This document shows positions 25,302-37,454 of a DNA stretch of 62,214 nucleotides, piece by piece. Position 1 is the first letter of the stretch. Every line of letters begins with the position of its first letter. The notes beneath the pieces are model-generated. The model ran no database searches. It saw only the letters and a list, made by a program, of their open reading frames with translations, and was not told the DNA's origin. Both the position numbers and the translations under genes were made by a program. Origin of the DNA: Trichinella spiralis (lineage: Eukaryota); NCBI RefSeq assembly GCF_000181795.1, contig NW_003526941.1:1370908-1433121 (forward strand), in the 5' to 3' direction.

Positions 25302-27113
25302 ATGGCAGAAGCTTTCAGTGTACTTTTATTATCTGTATTTATGTTTATTGGTTCTCTTATGATAGGCATTGTACCAACAATAGTCTCTTTACCGGAAGTA
25401 AGGCAAAATTCAATAAAAATATAAACAACTAAACAACACGTATATGGAAATTTCATGAATTTATGATAAAAAAAATTTTAATTTATCAGAAATTACTTAT
25501 ATGCATAGAATACACTGCTTGTTGATTTGAACGGCAAATATTTTTTTCCAAATCTTAAAAAGTATGGCATAATTATGAATTACAAAATCAATATTTGCAC
25601 TTTAATTAGGTTCTCAACAGTCGTAATATAGTTTTGAAATTTAAGCTAAGTTTCAAATTAGAATATCACAATGAAATTTGTGAAAATTCTCATTTGTGTT
25701 TTCAAAATTATGTCAAAAATGTTATTGTTATTGCATTTTTTTTGATTGGAAAGCGTTTTAGAATCGAATAAAATTATCTGGCGCTCTTGGGGCTGGCCTG
25801 CTAGTTGGAACCGCTCTTGGTGTCATTGTTCCTGAAGGAATTCATGCAATTCACGCATCTCCACGTATGTAATTTGGCACCTTTATTGTTACTAAGAGTA
25901 ATAAAGTTGCATTTTTTAATTTTTTTAGTTTCGTTTTATGTATAAATTTTAATATTAATCACTTACAAAAATTATGTGTTGCAGGTGATTATGACTAGCT
26001 CATGGGCTAGCTGTCATGTGAATTTAAGATATTGAATGAATTACCTAACTTTAATGTTGTTTGCATTCATAATTAGTTTTATACTTCAGATTTGAATGCT
26101 GAAGGGAAACATTTTGATCATTACGAAAATATTCCCATCAATAAAGATGTCAATGTAGTAAAGCAGTTTATTCCTCGTCCCAAAGGTAATTTTTTTGAAA
26201 ACAACACCAAAAATACAGCAATGGGAAAAGCAGATTTACATACTGCGCAAGAAAATTGGTTGATGCATGAATGCTCTGCGGTGAACTTTGAGGGAAAAAG
26301 TCGAATTATTGGTGTGACATTGTTGTATGGTTTCTTATTCATGTTCTTAATAGAACACATAACTGAACGATACACTCATGGTAAAATCAGCCCAAAATGT
26401 TTTTTGTTTTCAATGAATTTATGTTAGGAAATGATCGTGGACGTGTCAGAATCCATCACGGATGGATGGCGACTATTGGATTAATTGTTCATTCAGCAAG
26501 TACGATATTGCTGCATGTAATTTTTTTTATTCAATCTGTTTTATTGATACTGACAATTTAGCTGATGGAATCGCTCTTGGTGCTGCAGCATTTGCAGATT
26601 CATCTGTTACTTTCATCATTTTTTTAGCTGTTTTATTACATAAAGTATGAAATTGTTTAAAAATTATTCGAAAGTGAAAACGACTGAAACGAAGTTTTAG
26701 GCACCTGCAGCATTTGGTCTTTCAACTTATCTTCTAAATGAAGGATTTGAGAAGTCGAAAATAAGGAAGCTTTTGATTATATTCTCTAGTTCAGCTCCGT
26801 TAGCTACTTTATTAACATTTGCTGGCATAAGTCAGGTATTTATTATTTAATTTGTATATTTTTTTCAAACTACTTTGTTTCATTACAGGCTCAAATTGGT
26901 CACTCGGCGAGTAGCTCTTCCAATGTAATAGGAATATTGTTACTAATTAGTGCAGGTTCGTTTTTATTTGTCGCCACGGTGCACATTTTACCTGAAGTTA
27001 TTTCAAGCATTCGTTCAGCAGGAGAGACACGTTCTGCATGTAGTTTGGAACTGCTGAGTTTATTAGCGGGTTCTGTTATTCCAGTTTTGCTTACTGTCCG
27101 TCACGGACATTAA
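25302..27113 (+). CDS. SLC39A9: Zinc transporter ZIP9 (SLC39A9), multi-exon
   Basis: [89 protein letters not shown], and C-terminal HGH*. Confidence 0.93.
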
Positions 27114-27962
27114 CGGGTGATTTGTTTCCCATTTTTAACTTAAATCAAACGTTTTGCATGGATAAATTTTCCACTTTCATCTGTTTAGAAATGTTAGAGA
27201 CGTTTCTTTTTTCATTTTACTGCGCTTTCTTTTCAGGTAAAGTTATGTTTCTTGAAATTTTCAAATTAAGTAAATTTTGCTTTCGACTAGTTCATCCGTT
27301 TGAAACAATTTCCGAAGTAAAGTTGAAAATTTGAAATGTATTACTGTAAACAACTTTTAAAAAAGTGAGTAAAATTAAAAATACAGAATTTGAATTGCTA
27401 GAATAAACATTAATTTATAAGCGAACTGAAATTTTAGTAACTACTAAACGTAATAAATGCTTCGACACTTATTAGTCACCACAAACAATTTTGAAGTTTA
27501 CGTTAAAGATTTTCAGGTTACTGAGGGAGCGAGCGGTCTGTACTATGCATACCACTCTGTCATTTATTCACTTAGGTTCCTTATTTCTGTCTGGCTGCAT
27601 TTTTTTGCTTGTATCGCATACGCTACTGGTAAGTTTGAATTCTTTATGCATTTTTGTCATGATTTCTTTTTCGCTCAAAAGCTTTTCATGTTGACATTGT
27701 TTTGAATAATTTGAAGTTCTTTTATTTTGAAATATGTAAATTTCAGTTTTATATATGGTTCAATGTTATAGTACTTGTAAACTGCATAACCGTAAGTGCA
27801 TAAATAATATTTTAAATATGCGAGTATTGTAATTTGACTTTTAGCTAACTTGTATGTTATTGGTTTTTATCATTCCTTGATAGTTTACTTTATGTATATA
27901 TTTTTTTACATAAGTTTATGGAATATATTTTAATTTCTGATGCATTTTTAAGATTTTCAAAA

Positions 27963-28894
27963 ATGACTGAACGAAATACTTGTTCATTGGAAAATTTGAA
28001 TTCAGCGACTGACAAACGTAGCCAGTTCGACAAACAATCGGTTGAATTCGACGTATATTTTGTTCTCAATAACTGACGAATAAATCATATACTTTACTGT
28101 TTTCATAATATGAAATATTCCCTTTTTTGTGTTTTCAGCGAATCATCCATATGCATCCGAAGTACTCTAATCCCGCTGCTCTTGGTCTGTCCGGTTATGC
28201 AATTGCTTCGTTCTACTTTCAACTATACAGTTTAGAAATAGTTGGTCCACATTTAACTGTCTGGTTGGCAATAATTCTTGGCGGTTTTATTCAGCTTTTG
28301 GCTGGTATGTTTTTAGACTTTTGAAGGAAAATATGAAAATGATGTTTTACTTAAAATGTATACGTTTTTTAGACATTGTAATGAATTTTTCCTTTTTCTT
28401 AAATTTTAGGTCTTCAAGAATTTTATACAGGCAACAGTTTTGCATACGCATGTTTTGGTACTTTCGGTGGAATTTGGATCTGTTTTGGTTTGCTTCTGTT
28501 TCATAGTAACAATTCCGAGGTGGATGCAATTCGCATGGATATAGGTTTTGCTTTGTGCATTTTTGCAGTTTATTCTGCATTGTTTTTGTCCGCAACGCTT
28601 ACTATGCCATTTATGTATACTGTCTTTTTTTCTGCTATTCTGATGAACCTTGTTTTCTCTATCCCAGCTCATTTCATTGCTAAAGAAAATGCAGTTTACT
28701 TGGAATACCTGAGCGCCGGTTTTTCGATGTCTGCGTGTTTGATAGCTTTGTACATCGTAGGTCACTTAATTTTTTTGGGCTCTGAGAATGAAAAATTTTG
28801 GCCCCTTGGTAGAACATTTTATGAAATTATGAAGCAAAAGAAGACGAACAAGAAGAAGCAGAATGCGAATATTGAAAATTCACCTCAGTCATAA
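27963..28894 (+). CDS. satP: Gpr1/Fun34/YaaH (SatP, AceTr family) acetate/succinate channel homolog; 3 coding exons, 246 aa
   Basis: Exons 27963-28052, 28139-28304 and 28410-28894 splice in frame (741 nt). Signature SNPAALGLSGY, GGFIQLLAGLQEFYTGNSF..FGTFGGIW, about 6 hydrophobic helices and C-terminal WPLG parallel the SatP pattern NPAPLGL..GG..Q..AG..E...GNTF...YG.FW...LPIG. Confidence 0.9.
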
Positions 28895-29017
28895 TTCTTC
28901 ATATAACAATTATTATTATCGTGGTAAAATTCAAATTCCATCGAATCCTTGTTATTTTTTCTTTAGATTCAATTCATAATGAATGAAAGTAAAATTATTT
29001 GAAATCATTTTATTCCT

Positions 29018-32000
29018 TTATTCGTTTTCCTCAAGCAATGTTTCTTCATTATCCAACTTTGGATGAATTGCCCGAAACAACGCTGCTAACTTGTCCATTT
29101 CGTTACGACGGGCATAGATATATTCAACTGTTTCCCACATCATTGCTATTGCATCTGAATCTTTGCTTACATTTAAACTGTAATGTTTTGACAGCGGAGG
29201 TGAAAAGCGGAAAATGGGGATTTTGCACGCGCTGCAATATTGCATCGCATGTTGCACACCGAATCCTGAAAAAAAACCTTTCTATAAAAAAAATCTGCCG
29301 TCACTTAATAAAGCAAATTTTATCACCATCTGTGACTGTAACCTGGGATATAACCAGTTTTATAATATCTATGATTGCCCCTATAAATTTATATGGATTT
29401 GATGATTTGATGTTTTTCACTTTGGTTGCCGTTCGCGGCTGCTGACCAGTACCAATGCTTAGAAGACAGCCAAGTTTTTCACAATTTTCAGCATTCTATA
29501 CCATCAAAGTAAAATTAATTTCATGATTTTACGTGAATAGTGAAGCTAAATTTAATTAAAAAAACTGTGATTACATCCTCCTCCAATAATTTGCTGTATT
29601 TTACAAAATCAGTAAGCGCCACTGCCGTTGGATTGTTTGCAATCAGACCACCGTCCATATATAGCTCATCTACAGTGGAAAAATAAAATGGCGCAGCAGT
29701 GGTACAACGCAGACATCTCCATAAAAGCACATCTTAATTTGAATTGATTAATAGATAACGTACAGTAATCTCAAAAAAGTAAAGTCAAAAAATAATTATT
29801 TAAAATAAAAGCTAAAAAAGAAGTTTTAATTATAATAATCTGTGAGTGTATGAATGAAAATCGAAACATCTAAAAGTACTGTTTTGGGCTTTTTATATTT
29901 CACTCATTTAATTCAACATGCTTTTCTTTATACTATCCATAATGAACTAGTAACTAGTTGAAATGGTTTGTTTTCGACTGATAATATTATACATATTTGT
30001 TTTATATTATTCATAATTGGAACATGATTTTGTTTGAACTTTGGCTAAATAAATAACTTACCTTCTGGATTTTGACATCCGTCGCTTTGCTTATCACTTT
30101 CCGGTACTATATAGTTACGCATAAGGTGCAACGTTGCTGGAAAATTGTCTATTTTTGATGTTGTAAGAAGTAATCTTAAAACGCATTTCATGTTTATAAT
30201 TTTAGTTCACTTTAGTATTATTTCAATTTTGATGTTATCAAGTTACATACTTGCAATTGCCGATCTCCGCCATTGTGGTAGATATCCCTACAAAACTTTG
30301 GAGCGACTTTTCAAAAGTCGACGACGGATACGGCGGCCGGAAACGTTCAAAAATCTCGTCTTTCAGTTGTAAGTATTTTCTTTGTGTATCTCGCAAAGAC
30401 ATTTCTTCAACAAAAATTTAAAAATATGTATCAGCGTGAAATTGAAAAGTAACAACAAACGCGACAAACTTAAGGCTAAAGAAGACGCTATTAGTCCTCC
30501 TGTACTGGTTCCAACTGCCCAATCCACGTAATTGTATACAGGAGCGTTAAGCCTTTTTTCCAACTCTATTAATATCTGAAAAAGAAATCAGACCGTACAG
30601 CATGATAAGCTATTAATTAATGCTGAAGTGTAAATTGGAACTGACTTGCAGCGCTATCAACCCTCGAATGCCTCCGCCGTCTATGGTGACCATAATTGAA
30701 AAATAATCTCCTTTCTTTATGTTGTTTAATACATATTCTGGATAATGCAAAAAATCTAAAAAATCGAAATGTGAAACACAAAATTCATCGACTTTCTTAT
30801 CAATAATGAAATAAGGATATTTGATATTTTGAAAAAAATTACCATTATTTTCTTCTGGCAGCGGTATTTCTTCAACGATGAACTCAGTGCAGAATTTCTT
30901 GTGGCTCAGAGATGAACGGTTGTGAATTTGGCAGGGAAAAGCGCCGTTGATCACAAGATACCGGACAAATTTTCTGAAATGAATTTTTCCAAATGAAACA
31001 AAATCCGATCCATACCAATGGAATAGCTCATTTGCATTTACTCGCTGGCGTCGGTGGGCAACATCGCGGCAATGTGCCGAGGAGTCTCGCCTTCACAGTT
31101 GACAACATTCGGATCAGCCCCGAAAACAAGCAGCGCTTTCACCAGTAGTTCATGTCCATTCTGCAAATTGAACAGAAATTAATGAAATTTGCTTGTTTGT
31201 TGTTGTTTAGCTGTTTACCGCAACGGCAATATGTAAACAAGTGTTTCCTTTGTTGTCGACGACGTTCACATTTGCGCCTTTGTAATAGAGTACCAAAACG
31301 CAGTCAAGTTTACCGGATGATGTGTGCACATGCAGTGCTGTTTGGCCGTCTTTGTTTTTAACGTTCACGTCGAAATTTGGGCAACAGTTTAAGAAAGCCA
31401 ATAGCGCCTAAAGGAAAATACAACAACAACAACATGCTTGAAATTCCCACGCCAAGTTTGAATTTACTTGCTTGCTTCGTGCAACATGCAAAGCACGGTT
31501 TCCTGTACTTTCTTGGACAACATCCGTAGGGTCATCCAATAATTTTACCACCGTTTCTATTGATCTTAAAAACATCCAATCGACTCTGTGAATTGCATTA
31601 TATTGAACGCATTACTTTCAACTTACTTTCCAGCTCTATGTGCTTTTTGTATCATGGCATGATGAAGCGGCGACAAGCCTTTTTTATTTCTGTCCATTTT
31701 GGCCCCATGGTGAAATAATAATAAAATGCATCCTGGTTTGCAAGCACCGATCGCTGTCATCATCGGCGAGTCGCCATCAGTGTCCAACGCGCTCAAGCAT
31801 TGTTTTCCGCTTTCAGTTAACATGATCTCCTTTAAATGTATAAAAATAATAGAATAATCAACACTGAAACGTTTATTATCATGATTATCACTTTGATCAT
31901 CTTTTCATTAGTCGCAGCAGCGTAATGCAAAGCATTCTTTCCGTTTTTGTCGATTTGCGTGGGCGGCACATTCAACCCGTGCATTAGATATTTCACCAGG

Positions 32001-32710
32001 CGGAAGTGGTTGTTTGCGATGGCCAAATGCAACGCACACTGACCTTCCGGACTAGAAGCTAATTTCAACAATCTGAACGTGATCAGACTGATAATATTTG
32101 AATATTGTAAAATTGAAAATGAAATACTTCTCCTTGTTTTCAGTTTGCAATTCCAATGCTTGAAAAAAAGGCATTATTCCCAACGAGGCTGCAACGTGCA
32201 CTGCTCTCCAAAGCGGATGTTCCTTGATCAAGGAGACTAGCTTTGATAAAGTTTTCTTACCTGAAGTTTTGTATTACTGGAGTAATTATTCGTTTTTTTA
32301 AACAGTGCTCTCGTCATACCGACTAGAAAAAATAACTCCTCAAAAGGATGCAACATTTTAATAAATTCCTTGCAGTCTTCTCTTTTGTTGAATCGGTGCA
32401 GGGAAACGGAACTCTCTTTCCAATTCAGCACAATGTGGTACGTTATTTCGCCCATGTCACTGGTTTTGGATTGAATTGAAAACTTGCCGAAACTTTCTTC
32501 CACGTTCATACGTTTCAGTACCTTTTTCGGAACAATGACCGAAATTGTCGGATCTTTCGGGAAGGTGAACATTATTCCAATGATTTTTTCTTTCACAAAA
32601 TCCCACGCACTGTCGCCGTCGTTTCCACTCTTCTGCTTCTTTTTCGCGTTCTTCTCGTTCATCTGTTCAGCCATACTTATTGCTTCAGTACGTATTCTGA
32701 AATGAGACAT
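29018..32710 (-). CDS. 85/88 kDa calcium-independent phospholipase A2 (iPLA2-beta/PLA2G6-like), paralog A
   Basis: Ankyrin repeats ([38 protein letters not shown]), then a patatin domain with [25 protein letters not shown]...[10 protein letters not shown] and FRFSPPL. Start may instead be MAEQ at about 32674. Confidence 0.9.
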
Positions 32711-33597
32711 ATGGAGAAGGAATAAAAAATTTGTTTTGGCATGTCCAATGAAATTGTACTTGTAAACTATTTGTTACAGTATGACAAATTGACATCTTGA
32801 ACAATTCTAATTTTTGAAAAGGTGTTATTATTTATATTTTTACTAGTTATTTTTTGTATATTCAAGGAATTGTGATAGAAAAAATAGTTTCCACTTACCT
32901 GCTGTAAAGTTGACAATTTTTTGAATTTGCGACCGAACTAGGCGTTGATTATCAGAGTACTCTGACTGAGGTTTGTGTTGACAATGGCTAAATTGTTTTC
33001 CGCACCGCAGAGTGTATGGACTTTAATGTGTTTTAAAATTTAAACAAAATTTTGAATTCGATTGAGCTTAAAGTGGAAATAGTTTAAAGTTTTAAAATGT
33101 GCAATACTTTTGAAGGAAAAATGATTGTTTTTTTTGTGTTTGCTTATTTTTCCATTTTATATCGACGATTACTTGTCAATTGTTTCGTAATTTCAACGCA
33201 GTGCTTTTAATCAGCAGTATAAATTTGCATTCCGATCGTGTATTTGTTTTCACTTATCAGTTGGTTGCGCCAGGCGCAGTGCGTGCAATTAGTGGCTTCG
33301 TTATCATCGTTTGTTTTTAATCGATGATGCTGCAAACGTCCAACAGATATTTCCTATTTTGGCCGTGTTTCTATTTAGCATTTGACGGATGAAGTGAACA
33401 GTGAAAGTAAAAAAAAACGACAAAACTGGAATAAAATTGTTGTCCAAGCAAACACGTTGATGAGTCATCGTTTTGCGATTGCGCTATTCGTTGTCGTCAT
33501 GTGGTGATTTTGCAGTTGTTCTCTGCGTTATAAAATACCGACTCGTCTCTTTGAGTTCATTTGAACTGTTCTGAAGGGAAAAAGAGAACTAATAATT

Positions 33598-36500
33598 ATG
33601 GCTAATCAACAAACGCATATTTATCAAGATTCCAACAAAATCAACCAGGTATCGAAATTTGTCGGCAACATGGTGAGCGCGGTGCGTGAGAAGGTGATGG
33701 GCGAATCTTGGTGGCTGCCGAGCAGTTCCAAAACGGTCGTCGAGATTCCGACACGTTCCGTTCGTCTGCTTGTTGAACAAGAACGACACGAACAGTTTGC
33801 AGTTTTTCGTGCTAATGAAAATCCAACCGGTGCAAATAAACTCTACCACGTGGTCTTGTACTGGATAGACAACAAAATGCTCTCGTTGAGGCGCTTCAAC
33901 GATTCGAACGAAGCTTCGAACTATTACAACATGCTGGTGCATCATTCTTGTCTGTTTCAATTGATAGGTTTGTTCTGCGCCCAATTGTACATTTAAAATT
34001 GTGCAAACGCACGCGTTGCAGATAATCGAAAAGCTCTCGACACACTTCTCGACTGTATTCAAGCCCATTCACTTTGGTTGCCAGTTCACGTTGCCGCCAA
34101 ATTGGGAATGAAGAACTATTTTGAACTGATCAAATCCAATCAACTGTGTTGCAAACAGTAAGCAGTAATTCGGCTTTTTCATTGTATACTGTCCAGTGTT
34201 CGCAGCAGTGCTCAGTCAGTTGTGTTTTGTAGACAATTATCGCACGTCTGCCAGCCGGAAGGCTGTTATCCGTTGCATATTGCGGTAGAAAGTGGCAATG
34301 TGGATTTGGTGGTCTATATGATTGATTGTTTGCAAGCCTCGTTGACTGTAACCGACATTCGAGGACAAACGCCGTTCCACTACGCTGCACGCACTAGCCC
34401 GACGATGATTACGGTTTGTGGAACAGTTTTACAAAAAAAATACCTTTTTCGTTCAACAGTTTCGATTTCAAATTTTCTCCCATTTAGGCACTGGCGTGCT
34501 ACGATAACGAGAAAAGCCGAATCAATGCACTGAGCAAGGATGGTTACACGCCGTTATTTTTGTCCATCAGTAGCTGCAAGCCAACTTGCACGGCAGCTTT
34601 GTTGAAACAAGGTGCCGTGCTGAATATTATGTGCAACGGTCGATCGCCGATTCACATGGCCATGCTGCAAAGCGGAAATAAACTTAACGAGTTTGTTTTC
34701 AGCAGATAACAATTGATCTTTTGCACGTTTTCATTCAATTCTTACATAAAGGATAATCAGGATCAATTTTTGTAATTATCTATTACAGTATCTCGTATAA
34801 CTTTTCTTTTTATTTTAAATATAATTCCAATTTTGCTTCAATTTATCTATTTTTTAAATATATATTATACAGTTATTATTTGATTTATTATAGAATGATC
34901 AAAACATTAGTCGAAGCATCTCCAGATTGCATTTACCAAGCTGAAAAGCAGACCGGCAACAGTGCACTGCACGTCGCCGGCAATAAGCAGGTGCGGGAAG
35001 CAAATATTTTTTTTTCAACTTCAAAAATATTATACAATAGTTCATATTATTTCTTGTAATGTTTTGAAATGTTTCTACTGAGATGTAGCAGTGTTATAGA
35101 ATTTGTTTTTCAAATATGTAAAATGTTAATGGAATTGAACCGAAGATTGATTAATTCGATTGTTAACTGTGTTCGTAGTAGTTAAATGTAAGGGAAAAAA
35201 CGCAGCGAGCGAACTTCAATTATAATTTTGTTTGTTACTGTTGGTAAATTTTAGGCTCTCAACGCTTTGCTGAGTGTTTGTCCTGACATTAATCTGAATT
35301 GTCGCAACAATGCCGGTCAGACTGCGCTTCATTTGCATACGTACTTGAACAATTTGAGCTGTGTAGTGGCGCTTTATTATCACGGTGCCGACTTGAACGC
35401 GAAAGATACGAATGGAAACACCAGTTTGCATATCGCCGTGTCGGTAATCGAACTTCGCCATTGTAGTTGAGGGAAATTTTTGCATTACGATAAATAATAG
35501 GCGGAAAATGAAAGCATGACAAAAGCGTTGCTTGTTCTCGGTGCCGATCCGAACATTGTCAACGACAATGGTCACAGTCCACGGCACACTGCTGCTCGAC
35601 TGAACGTTCGAGGAAGGTAAGCAAGGTTTCCTTTTATTTACTTCCCTGTTGGTTTGTTCAATTATTTATTGTTCAATTATTGTTCCACTGGTTTGAGGAA
35701 CTGATAAGCAACTATTCGTTTTTCACATTCATTCAGGGAGCTGATGAGATGTTTGATTATTGGTGGTGCGATTCGATGCCCGATTGAGAGTAGCGGTTGT
35801 GCGGCTACTTGTAGTTATCGTAATGCCGATGAAAGTGATCTTTCCGTCCAATATACTGCACTTAATTATTTGGAAAGTAAAATAAATAAAATTATACTGT
35901 CATTATTGTTATTGTTATTGTTATTACTATTATTTCATTGTTTGGTTTATTGTTTAAGCGGTTAGTGTTCGCAAGCAAGAAAAATGCATCAAAAAAGTTG
36001 TTGAAATGGCAGCTACTGGAAAGAAATTCGATGTATTGTTAAGCTTGGACGGTGGTGGTATTCGAGGCGTCATTTTAGTTCAGGCATGGGGGAAAATATA
36101 ATTTTTTGTCATTGTATTAAGTTCTGTTTTTTTTCCATTTTGTAGATTTTACTTTATATTGAAGCTGCATTGAAGAAGCCGTTGATTTCTTACGTCACTT
36201 GGCTTGCTGGTACTAGTACTGGAGGATTTTTGGCTGCTGGTTTGGCAAAAGGTAAAATAGCAGATTGTTTATATTTTTGTTCTATGTGTTAGAATTCTGT
36301 TTTAGGAATGTCACTTCGAGATTGTCAAAAAATTTATCTTCGAATGAAAGATTGTCTTTTCGAAGGCCGCATACGGCCTTATCAGAGTGATGCTTTTGAG
36401 CAGTTGATAAAGGCAAATATTGGCGAAACTTCCAAAATAACCGATATCGTCTCTCCAAAGTAATGATGAAAACGTTTGCTTTTGTTTATTTAGGAAAATT

Positions 36501-37454
36501 TGTAATTTATCTACAATTTTAGACTGATTATTACTACAGTTTTGGCTGAAAAGCATCCTGTTCAGTTGCACATGTTTCGTAATTATACTTTGCCGGGTGA
36601 CGACAGTCAGTGCTGCACCCAGTGTTCTTACATTCCCGGTACAGTTAATTTGTTGTTTATTGGCTTAATTTTTATTCATTTTTTTTATTTTTTTTTGACT
36701 AATTTCAAAACCATATTTGTTTTTTTGATTTATTTGTAGATATTCCACTGTGGAAAGTGCTGAGATGTTCCAGCGCCGCACCGACTTATTTTGACAGTGT
36801 AGACAATAAATTTGTCGACGGTGGGCTAATTGCAAACAATCCTGCTTTGGATTTGCTGTCAGAATTTGAACGTTACAAAAGTTGCCAAGAATTTTCAGTA
36901 AATTTTCATCAGTAAGTTTTTTATATACGCACGAAGAAAGTTATCTTTTCTAGGAATGCAATGAAGAAGCATCGGTAGGTTGTCTTTTGAGTATCGGTAC
37001 TGGCAGAATTCCAGATATGCCTATCGAATCACTCAATCTTGGTTTTATCAATGTGATTGACATGGTGAGCGCCTTTAAAAATCTCGGCTATATGATTATG
37101 GATCAAGTGACAGCTGCAGAAGGTAAATAAAATGGATATGAAATTGTCTTTTCTTTTTTCATCTACTTAAAAATGTCAGTTTGTGTTTATTGGTGTCGAT
37201 GAGTGCTATTTGTTTATTAATGCATTTCAGGTAGACCCGTTGATCGGGCCAGATCTTGGTGTCATTGTATGGGTGTGCCGTTTTTCCGCTTTTCTACACC
37301 AATGTCAAAAGACTATGCACTGGATACAAAAAGTGACCAAGATCTTATACAAATGATGTGGGAGACATTGGAATATGTTGTGAATGAGCGAAACGAAATT
37401 GCAAAGCTGGTCGAGTTGCTGAACACTCTTCACTCAAACAGTCGTTTCACTTAA
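33598..37454 (+). CDS. 85/88 kDa calcium-independent phospholipase A2 (iPLA2-beta/PLA2G6-like), paralog B
   Basis: Ankyrin repeats (GCYPLHIA, GQTPFHYA, GQTALHLH, GNTSLHIA), LDGGGIRG, AGTSTGG, LRCSSAAPTYF...[10 protein letters not shown] and DRARSWC..MGVPFFRFS. Confidence 0.92.

Noticed and set aside
27963..28894. Bacterial contamination as the source of the SatP homolog
   Set aside because: It contains two spliceosomal introns, has host-like composition, and is contiguous with metazoan genes only 123 nt from the iPLA2 stop.
27963..37454. A functional cluster linking SatP with the phospholipases
   Set aside because: Adjacency alone is no evidence in a compact animal genome, and the substrates (short carboxylates versus long-chain fatty acids) differ.
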